64,000 nt of DNA from Utricularia gibba (lineage: Eukaryota > Plantae > Magnoliophyta), in the NCBI GenBank assembly GCA_002189035.1, contig NEEC01000012.1:620001-684000 (forward strand), given 5' to 3'. A program made the translations under genes and the position numbers. The notes beneath the pieces were generated by a model, which made no database searches, was not told the origin of the DNA, and saw only the letters and a program-made list of their open reading frames with translations. Below are positions 13,385-25,500 of the stretch, piece after piece. Each line of letters begins with the position of its first letter. Position 1 is the first letter of the stretch.

Positions 13385-15345
13385 ATGAAGGTGGAATTGA
13401 TGTCGCCGGAGAGCAGTAGTGGTGCCCGCGGAAAGAAGGAACCATCATCATCTAATTCCTTGCATCAAGACGAGGATGATGAGAATCCTGCCAAATCGCC
13501 TCCTCATTCCCCCAATAACTCATCCACAAGAAAGGTATGCTGCTATTCGCCACTTAATTTCTTTATCTTCGTTGGGAAGCTGCTTTCTTTGTTTGACTAT
13601 AAGTCAACCCCTCTTTTCTCTTTTACAATTCACTTGATTGTACGATTTCTCGTGCGGTTTTTTTCCTTGTCTCATGTTGTTAGTGAGCTGAAGAATGTGT
13701 GTTTCTTTTGCCTGGAAACTCTCCCTCACGTAGTGATATGTGATTGGAATGTTGCTTACTGTCAGCTTTGTTTGGTTTTGGAGATGATGCGATAATTTTT
13801 AATCCAATTACTTTTCATTGATTTGCGTCATAAATGCTAAGTTTTTGTTTTTATTGCTTCTATGTTTGGTTGGGATCTTTCTGTGCCTGAATTAAATTGA
13901 AGGATATACTTATTAGTATCTTCTAAGATGCAGCGCCTTGTTGTTGTTGATGGAGAAGATCTAACGTTAGATTTTCTCTAGTTAAATAATCTGTCATTCC
14001 AGTTGAATCTACGCGTAACATTTATTTTTTATTTGAGTTTCAGCAAGAATATTGTTTGATGCTGAAACCTATGTTGAGTTTACTTTTTGATTTTTGTTCA
14101 TTCTGATCATTGAGTTATGAATAACATCATTTTGAAATGCATTTCCCAGGCCTGCTATGCTGTTCTTCAGAGTTGGGTTTCAAAGAAGTTCATGACCGGA
14201 TGGTGACTAGTTTGGTTTTAAAAATTTGTAATACACGAACTTTTTTTCTTTTCCCATTGTACTAAAATATCATTGTGGGTTAATGCAGTGTTGTTCTCTT
14301 CCCGGTTGCTGTTACATTTTTATAACTTGGTGGTTCATTCAGTTTTTTGATGGCTTCTTCAGTCCTATATATGAAAGACTTGGTTTTGACATCTTTGGTA
14401 AGTCCTAATGTTTCATTATTTTCATCACTGATAGATGTGCAGTTGATCGTCCACTAATCAATCTAAAAAATAGAAATATTTTGCTCTAAATGTCTTTTTG
14501 ATGTGGTTGCAGGCCTTGGATTCGTTACTTCATTAATTTTTATCTTCTTTGTCGGAATATTTGCTTCATCGTGGTTGGGTACTACAGTTTTCTGGATAGG
14601 AGAATGGTTTATTAAGAGAATGCCGTTTGTAAGACTTATATACTCAGCATCCAAGCAAATTAGCTCTGCAATCTCCCCAGGTGATGGTTATTACATGGAT
14701 TTCTTCTTTTGCCTTTTGATCTGGTAAATAGGCTTTGGCTATCATTTAGTTCTTCCCATCAGCCTTTTCTTGTAATTGAGAACCTCATTTATGAGTGTTC
14801 TTTGACAACATGATCTCTTTATTCTGCCACAGACCAAAATAAAACTGCTTTCAAGGAGGTTGCCATTATTCGTCACCCTCGTGTTGGAGAATATGCTTTC
14901 GGATTTATTACATCATCAGTGGTTCTTGAGGTTCTGTCATCAACTTAATTATTTAGATATTACTTGAACGGAATATTGATCTCCTAATTTATTTCATCTG
15001 GCTGATTTTTTTAAAAAATGATATTTGCAGTATCTGTATGATTTCAGGGGTATGATGCTGATGAAGAACTCTGCTCCGTTTATGTCCCGACAAATCATCT
15101 GTATATAGGCGATGTGTTTCTCATCAACTCCAAAGAGATCATGCGGCCGAATCTTTCTATTGCTGAAGGCATAGGTAGGCCTTTACTTTCCTTGCAATTG
15201 AGAAGAAATATTCTAACTTATATACTTCAAATACATATGCATGATCTTTTATGAATGATTTTCACTTTGCTGATTCGTTACAGAAATAATCATGTCGGTG
15301 GGCATGTCAATGCCTGCTGTGATCTCGGCTAAGATGAGGAACTGA
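13385..15345 (+). pseudogene. LCV2: LIKE COV 2 (COV1 family) gene with a -1 frameshift as sequenced
   Basis: Exons 13385-13534, 14150-14202, 14289-14397, 14513-14680, 14833-14930, 15048-15174, 15284-15345, all GT-AG. Encodes SPNNSSTRKACYAVLQSWVSKKFMTG, SASKQISSAISPDQN, AIIRHPRVGEYAFGFIT and VYVPTNHLYIGDVFL. T5 at 14317-14321 gives TAA at 14323; one more base restores TFFITWWF. Confidence 0.85.
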
Positions 15346-15894
15346 TTTCTTCATTGAAGAAGTTGGTACCTCTTCAAGGCATGGAATTTCGGTGTGAGCA
15401 CCTGTTTGCATCCTTTGTTGTCTTTCAAAGTATCCATATACCTAACTGTATTATCATGGAGAATTGGATGATAGTCACAGAAGAGTTTTAAGATCTTATC
15501 TGTTTACTGAATCATTTTGTATGCATGGCTCTTTCGGTTCCCTTGTGCAGAAGTCGTCTGGAAAGGGACAAAATCTGTATTAGAATTATATTGTACACGA
15601 TACAATAGAAAATCTCCCCATGATTCTCTCCTCGTAGTTGTTTTCTGAACAAAGCTGAGTTCATAACAATTGTTGATTTATTTTGTTGGATTTTCTGTGT
15701 TTCACATGATCTGTAAAGTGTGTTCATGACACTGGTCTAAGAAATAAGTTCACATGCCACTACTTCCACTACGATGGGTTAGGAAGCCCATTCTTGTGGC
15801 AAGATGGATGCATAAACATGTGAAGTAACTGAAAGATCCAGATCCTATGTGGAATCAAAGAAATTGAAGACACACCCAAGAAGGATATTGTTTA

Positions 15895-16720
15895 TGTTAG
15901 AAGGAAGTTTCAACAACTTAAGAAGGACTACCAGTAACAAAGTAATTATTATCTCACACACTATAGAAGAGCTCTTATTAGAGACAACATAGCTCTAAGG
16001 AAGAAATTTCATCTTCATTTCAATTCTTAGGGGGATTTGTCAAAGGTTTTTGCTTGTTCTGATCCTCAATGTCCTTTCATTCACAAAACTTTGAACATAA
16101 GAATCTAGGAGCACATGGACGAAATCAAGGAAATGTTTATCAATATAATGGCTAACCTAAAAAGAGACATAATCACTAATCTCAAAACTTGGGTGAACTC
16201 CATATTCATTGAGTTAGAGACTTGGACGGGGAACACTACGCTACTCGGGGAAAGTTCTCGAAGAAAAGAATGTTCAACCAACAAAGCGGAGGAAGCAACT
16301 CAACATGAGAAATTTGGGAAGGGGCCCCTTAGGTTGGAAGTGTCGAAATATGATGGTTCCATGGACTTATTATGCTGGCTTTATCGATGCGAGCATGCTT
16401 TCGAGTACCATGGCACAAAGGAGGAGAATAAGCTTCACATTGTTGCCACCCATCTTGAGGATATTGCACAAAGCTGCGAATGGAACACAACTTGGAAGAT
16501 TACGATGCTAAATTTCTAGCAATTGCAGTCATTGTGAATACCTTACACCTGATAATGAGATGTAGATATGTCTAAATGGTTTGCCAAAGGAGCTTGTCAT
16601 CAAGTCATGTTGCAAAACCCCATAGATACGGTGGACACCATGAGTCTTGCATTAATGCTACACAAGGGGACAAAGAGAGGTTCTAAGATGGTTAGATAGA
16701 AGAAATTGACATTTTTCATG
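15895..16720 (+). mobile_element. Chromovirus-type gypsy 5' LTR-like start and gag remnant
   Basis: ORF 16115-16519 LEVSKYDGSMDLLCWLYRCEHAFEYHGTKEENKLHIVATHLED fits the retrotrans_gag pattern of Reina/CRM-like elements. TGTTAG start at 15895. Confidence 0.7.
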
Positions 16721-17120
16721 TGTTAGAGTTTTTCCTTTGCAATTTATCAGAACTTTTTTTTTCTAATTTGTAAATTCCTTTACTTTTTTATTTTTATTTG
16801 TAAAATGATTTAGATTTATGAATTCCTTTACAAAATAATGAGTAAATAAGTATAATACTACAAATTATATATTTTTTTTATGAAATACCACAATTTTTTT
16901 ATATTTGCATAATAGCCAACTTTTATTTTTCATTTGTAAAATAGCACATTTGAATTAAATTCTAATTATTAGTTAAATTCTAACTATTATATAATAGTAA
17001 ATATACGTTAAATAAATATTAAATTTACAGTTTAATAGAATTTTAAAAATATCTATTAATTTACCTTTTATAAAAATTATTGCATTGAATGTTACTTATT
17101 TAATATCCGACGTCCACACT

Positions 17121-17270
17121 TTGGGTGCTGCATACTTTGACAAGCAGAATACGAGTGTGGGTGTTGTGTACTTTGACTACCTTGGGTGCTGCATACTTCG
17201 AGTAGCAGTACCCAGCTTTGAACGCTTAGTACGTGGTAAGTAGTGCCCATAGCTGGGCATTGCATACTTG
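17121..17270. repeat. Short imperfect direct repeats in an AT-rich DNA-transposon-like segment
   Basis: ttgggtgctgcatactt at 17121-17137 and 17182-17198, with a variant near 17253-17269. Confidence 0.6.
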
Positions 17271-17742
17271 GTAAGCAACATTCTAGTGGGTTGCTTATTT
17301 GGTGCATGGCGTCATAATAATAACTCTGGTAGTTTGCAAAAATTAAAATTAAAATTATATGTAATTTTATACTAAAAGAAAAAAGTTCTAGCATTTTGCA
17401 AATATCTTTACTCTGATATATGTATTTACCAAATTTAAGAAATGTTTTGGAAAATTTTTAAAACCTATTTCTACTTTTCAGAAGTAAAAATAGTTTTGTT
17501 TTAGAACACTTTTAATTGTAAAAGTAATTATATCAAAAAAACTTTTAAAATTAAAACTACAAAAGTTATTTTTGAAAAAGTAAGGAGTTAGTTACTTTTA
17601 CATTTTATTTTTACTTTTTAAAATTAATTTTGAAAAGTAAAAACAAGTTTCAAAAATTTTCTAGAACACTGTTTTAGTCATAATACTAGTGCACTTATAG
17701 AAAAGTTAGTTTATGAGCCAGAGAAGTTTGGCTAGGTGGATT

Positions 17743-18895
17743 TGATAAACGAAAAATATGCAATGTCGTTAATTTGTAAATTTTCTTATTAAATAAAATT
17801 TAGAAACGTAATTTACATCAAATCCTATGAAAAATATGAGCATAGTGGAGTAGAGTCGAAGATAAGAAGCTAGATGCTTGCTATGTGAAAGTCAATGCAT
17901 GCAATCAGTGTTACGTTGATAGATTAGGTCTTAACTAAGACTAACACAGAGTTGCGATAAAATATAGTAAAGAAAAGTAACAAGTTTTGGAACTTACTTG
18001 TTTCTAAAATGAAATGGGTGATGGCTTGGGACTATTAGGAGATATATGCTTATCATTAAACATGCTCACACACACACACCATAAATCAAACAACTAAGAA
18101 ACTAAGTCTAGGTCTACCCGAACTCTTGTTTTCCCTCTAATCTTTGGTCTACTTTTAATTAGGATTGTTAAGTTGAGTTTCATTACTTCTCCCTCCTGGA
18201 TTTATCCTAGTTTGTTAAGGAAGTGTTGTGACTTATGGTTAAAAAAAGTTAAAGATTGATTAGCATATTTCTCCCTTTTTTATCCCAAGACACCCCTAAG
18301 TACTTAGCCACTTATAATACGGGAAATAAAAGCATTTTCATAACACATTCTAAGCAACATTCTGTTCTTAAGGCTAAACAACAACATAAGATGCATAATA
18401 GAGTATAAACAGTAAATTGTTCACGTAGGGAAAACTAAAACTAGTCTTAGTTAGGAACAGTGTTCATCAAGAACGAAAGAAAATCTTGAAAGAGAAACTT
18501 GTTCTTCTGGATCATCGTCCTCTTTCTTCTTCCCCCAGAAATCTTATACAGAAAGAATGTGTCCTTTGTTCCAATGGAGGAGATCTCTTTTTCTCTCTCC
18601 ATGTTGTCTCATTTTTTGTCCAAAATTCTTCTTTTTCCTCCCCTTGGATCTTGTGTCCTTTTCATACTTTTGCCTCATACTCTGCCATTTCACTGTTCAT
18701 ATTCGGCTCCTTAGGATTTGGGTTGCTGATATGCGCTGCATTGCTCAAAGAAAACTATTAGAAGTAAGGTTGGGACTAAACTACGATTTAGTCTCAACTA
18801 GGAATAAAAAGCACAACTAGAGAATAAAGCTTAAATTTTGCAGCACAATACGAGTCATTTCCCTGTACTTAATTACTCAAAAATATGTGTTATCA
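17743..18895 (-). mobile_element. Athila-type solo LTR (1153 bp)
   Basis: Minus strand TGATAACAC...cgtttatCA. The 3' end resembles the LTR ends at 60296 and 61758. Flanks ggatt/gcatc may be an eroded TSD. Confidence 0.65.
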
Positions 18896-18899
18896 GCAT

Positions 18900-19318
18900 C
18901 ACAAGAATTTGATCTCCACTAAGTAAATGATGATTCTCAAACAACTATCCCAAAAAAATTTGGGGAGTGGATAAGGAAATGCACATATTAGTGAACACGA
19001 TTGCAAGAGTACCAAAAATATATGAGGATGGGCAACTCATGATAGTTAAAATAAAGCTTGCAACACAACTATGCCTATTCCTCCTTGATTGAGGAAGTTC
19101 TCATGGCTTTATGCACGAGAAAATGCTCTACAAGATAGCTCTAGAAAGTGACAACATAGAAAGAATTCAAAGCTATGGTTGCTCATGGGCAATCCATCAA
19201 TATCCAAATTAGAGTGGGTGAATCCAAATGTCAAACCTTGTATATCTTCCCATTAGGCAACTTCGATAGAATTCTTGGTTTTGATTTGTTCAAAATAGTT
19301 GAGGCTATCACATAGGAC
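18900..19318 (+). mobile_element. Chromovirus aspartic protease region remnant
   Basis: Translates to ...YIFPLGNFDRILGFDLFKIVEAIT*D, matching the gypsy protease pattern FxVLPLxGxDVVLGxxWLxxLGPIxWD. Confidence 0.6.
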
Positions 19319-22070
19319 TAGGGGTGTAATACGACCGGGCCTTTATCAAGCAGCCTGAAGCTTGGCTCCATAAAGGCTCGGCTCAAGTTCGATTTACGTG
19401 AACCCAAACCCGAGCTCGATCCACTGACCGAGATGGATACACCTAATTGGGCCAAGCTCAATCAAGCATGAGCTCGGCTAGATGGCTCAAGGCCCGATTT
19501 GAGTACACTTTTGTTCTCAGGCTCCTTTCAAAGGCAAGGATCACTCGTTTGTGCGCTAGTTTTTAAGGTTTTGAATAGTCCTAAGAGTGTTTGCTTGGCA
19601 ACATCAAAAGATGTATTATGATTTTTGAAATCCCTATCAAGTGAACTTTCAATTTATGAATTGTATGTAAGTTTTTTGATGTTAAAAATTGTTTGTGGAT
19701 TTTTGAATTACTTAAGTTGAATTGGTTTATTATATATATATTTTTTGATTCCCTATTAATTATTATATTAATACTTTCACTTCTATGATTTAGATGGAAG
19801 AACAGAATTTATGGAGGAATGTGGATTAAAAAACCTTGATTTAGAGGAATTATTAAGTGTTGATGTCGAACAAGAAGAAATTCACAAAGATGATGATGTT
19901 ATTGCACATGTGGAAGAAAAAGAAGGTGATGAAGATGATCATTTCAAAGAAAGGAAAAGAAAAAAAAACTTATGTGGTGTGGAAGGAGTTTGAGGAGATT
20001 ACTTTAACTAATGGTAAGAATAAGGCCAACTGTATGCATTGAAAGCGAAAGTTGAGTATATCTAAAAATCAGTCAACTACTCACTTGAAAAGGCATTTGA
20101 AAGAAACATGTTTAAATAGAGCTCTTTTGGTTTAAAATCAAAGGAAGTTAAATCTTCCACTCATGGAATCTAAAGTGGAAGAGCCCATCATTTCGAGTGA
20201 TACATATGATCATGGAAGACAACGTGAAGTTGAAGTTGTGGCACATTAGATACTAATGTACAAGAAGGTCTTTAGTGTGATTTAAGAAGAATGATTTGCA
20301 TTTATGATGAAACTTCACCTATCTGGCTATATAAAGATATCTTGAGATAGAGCTAAAAATGATTGTGTAGCCGTATACGAGAAAGAGAAGAAAAAATTGA
20401 AGACAATTTGAAGAGGGTGAGAAATATTTGTCTTACCATTGATATATGGAAGTGCTCATCACAAGTGATCTCTTAATTAATATTTCTCTTACGGGTCATT
20501 TTGTACTTGATTGGAAACTTGCAAAGTGTTTACTTCAGTTTAATTAATATTCCTCCTTCACATTCGGGAATAGAAATTTCTGAATCAGTGTATTGATGCA
20601 TTAGAGATTTTGAAATTGGAGTAAAAGTGTTCTCTATTGTAGTTTATAATGTCTTGGAAAACGATGTAGCGATTTGGATTTTAAGAACTTTTTTAAGTGC
20701 TTGCAACTTGCCTTTAAGAGGAAAAATCTTTTATATTAGGTTTATTGCTCACATTTTAAATTTGATTGTTCAAGATGGATTGTCGAAGATTCAAAATATC
20801 ATTCAACTGATCAAAGATGGTGTATGGTATATCACTACATTAGAAGCAAGATTTAAGAAGTTTTCAAAATTATTTATTAAATGAAATTGTCTACTAGGAA
20901 ATTGATCTATGATTGTCTGATCTATATGAATTCTACGTATGAAATGTTGATCGTGGCTTCCAAGTATAAGCATATCTTTCATATTTTTTCAGAAATAGAT
21001 CTAGAATATATTTCTTATCCATCACAACAAGATTGGGAAAAAAATTGACAAGATTACGTAAATCTTGGATGTTTTCTATGTGGCCACTAAAATGATATCA
21101 GGGACAAACAACATCACATCTAGCAAGTTCCTTGTAGTTATTCGTAGGATTAAAGAGGTCCTAAATAGTTATGAAGATGTTGATGTAAAGTACATATGGG
21201 ATACGATTGCCAAGATGAAAGACAAGTTTGACAAATATTGGAAGGATGCAATCTAGTGATGTCCATTGCTGCAATTTTAAACTCTCGATTCAAGATGACG
21301 AAGGTTGAGTTTGTATTTTCTGCTCTTTACTCAAAAGAAGAATGTTCCCAAAATATTCTTCAGGTTTGTAATAAGTTATAGGATTTATTCAATGAGTACA
21401 TAGCTATAGAGGACTTAAATAATATGCCAAATTTAACTTGATTGGCTCTTCTGCTCATATTTCACATTCGGATAGTCAGATATTTATTAGATGGCCTATG
21501 TTTAATCAATTTGTGAACATTTCAAAAAGCCTCTAACCAGGAAAGTTTGAGTTAGAGCTTTACTTAGAAGAAAAACTGTTTCAAGCAAAAAATGAAGAAG
21601 AAATCTTAAAATTTGATATGCTGCAGTGGTGGAAGGCAAATGAATTGAAGTACAAGATATTATCATGCATGTCATGTGAGATTTTATCTATTCCTTCTAC
21701 TATGGTTGCATCGGAATCAACTTTTAATACTGGAGAATGAGTTCTTGATCCATATTGTGCTTCTTTGTCAAAAGAAATTGTTTAAGTTCTTTTATACATC
21801 GGTGATTGAGTTTATCATCTTCATGGCATTCTGAAATCTAAATCAATATGAGAGTTTTCATTCCATATTAGTAGCTCTATTTTTAATTCTAATAATGCTC
21901 ACTTGATTTTATTCAGATAGAAGAAGAACCTTTGGAAATAAACTTTGTTGTGAAAGTTTAGAACTTGTAAGAAGAACATTTGGTAATCCGTGATTATTTG
22001 TGTTCCATACTCTTTGAATTTGTGAGTTGTGACTTGTAATATGGAAAATTTTTAGATTTTCCTTTCAAAA
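19319..22070 (+). mobile_element. hAT DNA transposon (BED-finger type), degenerate and truncated
   Basis: TIR TAGGGGTGTAAT at 19319, ggctcg/cccg subterminal repeats 19330-19510. Transposase ~19794-21850: BED finger (NGKNKANCMH...STTHLKRHL), RFIAHILNLIVQDGL, hATC domain (FDMLQWWKANELKYKIL...VASESTFNTG). Many stops and frameshifts. Confidence 0.9.
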
Positions 22071-22520
22071 ATTTTAGCTGAAAGGCCGATAAATGTCAGG
22101 TCTGAGTCGCGACAGCCGAATTACAGGAGTGACAGTGCAGTTAGCAGTTATTTGTGAGGGGGACCATAGTATAGCTAGTAGGTGAAGAAAGTAGCCGACA
22201 TCTGCAAGACTCAAGATTCAGTCAGATCAACCCATCCTATGAATACATGAATGCTCGAAGAAGGAGGGGTTGAACTACTTGCATTCTAACTTGTAACTCT
22301 CCACTTGCATATAGTGAAATCTTTCTCCGATGAGCTCCAACAGCTTCATGGTTTTTTCGTCCTCCGACGGTTTCCACGTAAAAATCCTTGTCTGTTTTCA
22401 TTTCTATCAACTGTCTTACATCATCCAAAACTCAAATTTGTAAATCAGATCCGACTCGTTCGGCCTTGCCCGTAACTCGAAAATCGGTTCCCGCCTTATT
22501 GCCAATTTTCAACCATAACA
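22071..22520 (+). repeat. 5' LTR of the Tat element (5'-truncated)
   Basis: Aligns with 30830-31306 and ends ...caaccataaCA. The first ~70 nt of the 3' LTR have no counterpart. Confidence 0.85.
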
Positions 22521-22523
22521 TTT

Positions 22524-22541
22524 TGGCACCCAATGTGGGGC
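22524..22541 (+). other. Primer-binding site, tRNA-Lys-like
   Basis: TGGCACCCAATGTGGGGC 3 nt after the LTR end; resembles TGGCGCCCACCGTGGGGC, the complement of the tRNA-Lys 3' end. Confidence 0.7.
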
Positions 22542-22585
22542 GAGATCTATTACCCCACTTGAGAAATCCATAGGAGACTCTCACT

Positions 22586-25500
22586 ATGACGGATAACAAT
22601 ACGACTACTAACTCTGGCAACGAAGGCAGCGCTGGCAGACAAGACTCTGGCCTCATGGTCATCAATAGAGAACAACTCAAAGCCCTCATGACGGAGATAT
22701 TTTCTAGCATTAAATTATCCTCAGGGTTGAATTCCAATGCACAGGAGGGGACACCAAAAACAGGATGAAGCACGGATAACCAACCCCTAATGCCGGAATA
22801 TTTCTAGGAGAGGGAGATTGAATCCGAAACCGAGGAAGAGATATTGCAAAGGAAGAGGTGTAACAAGCTCATTTACGAACCAGACATAGATAGGGGAAAT
22901 ACAACAAGTGAAGTCTTAGAAAGAAGAGAAGAGGAGTTGAGGAGATAATTGGACGAAATTCGCGAAAAAATAAGGGAGATCGACAGGCAGATACCACCCA
23001 TAGTGAGAGAGAGCAAAGCATTCAAAGACGCCTTCGACCAGAACATATGCACTGGGAGAGGGGATATTTTGGCCGATATCGCTTGGCCTTGAAAAGCAGT
23101 GTTGAGGGAGTATCGGGAGCCCCAGCACTACGCTTTGACCTCTTCTCAGATTAGCTGATTGGGGAAGAACCAGAAAGAGGATTCAGGATCCCCAAAGGGT
23201 TACTAACATACGATGGAAAGGGGGACCCCATATCCCATGTAACCGATTTTGATAAGAGAATGGGTCCGGCACTCGGAGTCCATGAAGTGCAGACTATTCG
23301 CTTGTTCGCTCTAGAAGGAAGCGAAAAATTGGTCCAAACAGTTAGAACCATGCAGTGTGGGGTCTTATCGAGAGTTGGTGCTACTATTCACGACCCGATA
23401 TGCTATCAACATTGAAACCCCACCATCTAAGGCAGTGTTATATTCCATTCGGTATGACCATCGAAAACAGAGTTTGAGAAGGTTTATCGACCAATTTAAC
23501 TGTTCAGCGCAGGATGTTCAGCTGGACTTGAAAGCGAGAGTGGAAATAGTGAAACAGGCTCTAGGGACGTCAAAATTGGGACAGAGTTTATGAAAGTCCC
23601 ACCAAAGAACCTCGAGGAGTTGTTAAGAAAGATTATGAAGTATATTCGAGTCGATGATGACCTCAGTATCGAAATGAGAAGTCGTGTGGATATTCGGCCA
23701 GCCCTGCAGTGGGCCGGCTGAACAAGCGCCGAGAAGTATATCAAGTAGAACCAATCAAGACGAGCACATATTGTGAGATACATAGAACGGTGGGACACAA
23801 CACTGTCGACTACTGGGTAATGAAAAGAATGATCGAGCAATTCCATACTGGCAGGGGGATAAACGGTGTGACATAAAACCTCGCAGAAGTTGTGGAACGC
23901 AAAAGGCGACGTACTGAGTACTCGGGAGCGGAAATCGATGTCCAAAATTCCCCTATATGTTGCGAGGTGGTGTTCCGCACCCCAACAGAAACTTGAACCC
24001 TGAAAAAAGCTAGGATAAACCGAAAGGTTCAAGAGAAGCTATTCACGTACAGGATAGCCTTCCTATATTCAAGAAATCCATGTGGTATCCAGGGGCACCA
24101 AAATTGATGAATCAGGAAAAATCGATCTGAAAAAGTTGCTTGGGAACAGGAAGAAATCGTTTTTTCCGAAAGAGATGTCCTCGCCGGTCCCACTACACAA
24201 AATGAACCCCGTGGTGGCAGGAATATGCAGAAGCACCAAGGTGAGAAGGATCTTCGTTGATCAGGGATCCTCTTGCAACATCATGAAGAAGGAGGTGGCT
24301 GAATTACTCGCATCATCCAAAGAGGGAGACATTCGCCGAATTAGCATGGAGTTATATGCTTTTGATCAATGAGGCACACAGACAGTTGGGAAAATAACCT
24401 TACCCATGACATTCGCTATGGCAGGGCGAAACCGGATTGAGAGGTTGGAATTCTTGATACTGGATTCAAAGATCAACCAATTCGGTATGATACCCTCCAC
24501 TGCCATTTGAAAGTCAAGTTTCCAACTTCAAGGGACATTTGCACGTTGGACATCAACCAACCGGCCACCTGATCTTAGAATGTGTCTTCTTGCTGAGACC
24601 CGTGCGTGAAGAAACCAAGAATATTGATGTGGAAAAAGAGCATAGGAAACCTCCCATACAATCCATGGAACTGGTAGGATACAAGAAATTACAATTAGCA
24701 CCGGCGGATATGCAGAAGATGATCTGCATTGACTTCGACTTAGACGTTGGGTTCGAGGAAAGGTTAGCGGAGCTCTTGAAAAGGAACATTGCAGAATCAA
24801 CCAATATGTCGCTGAAGAATCACATTAATGCCTACCCGAGAGCCAACCGGTTTGACAGAAGCAACAACATTTCTCTGAAGAAAAGTGCCGAGTCATCAAG
24901 GAAAAAATGAGGGAATTACAAGAAGCCGACTATGTGAGGGAGATCCAATATTCTGAATGGGTGGCCAACCTATCGTTGTCCCGAAGCCTGGGGAAAGTAG
25001 AGAATGTGTGTCGACTTTACCGATTTCAATGCCTTTTGCAAGAGAGACCCATATCCCCTCTCAAAGATCAACAAACTAGTGGATGCCATTGCCGGATCGC
25101 GATTCTTGAGCACTATGGATGCATATTTTGACTATCACCAAATTTTCATTGCAGAGAAAGATCAACCAAAGACCACCTTCTACATCATGGATGGGGTCTA
25201 CTACTACATTGCTATGCCTTTTGGCTTGAAGAATGCAAGGGCTACCTATCAGTGACTCATGGACAAAATTTTTTCCTCTGAAATTGGCACTTCCATGGAT
25301 GTGTATGTGGACGATATGATTGTTAAATCAATGAATGAGGCAGATTGCTTGGCTTACTTGGATTTTTCCTTCTCTCTATGTCGATCATACGGGTTGAAAC
25401 TCAATCCGTTAAAGTGTTGTTTTGGAGTAAGGAGTGGGAAATTTCTCGGCCATTATGTATCAGAGAGAGGAATTGAGGTCGATCTTGTAAAGATCAAGGT

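Noticed and set aside
22524-22541. tRNA gene (also 61762-61778)
   Set aside because: These 17-18-nt matches to tRNA 3' ends directly follow LTRs, so they are primer-binding sites. No cloverleaf was seen.
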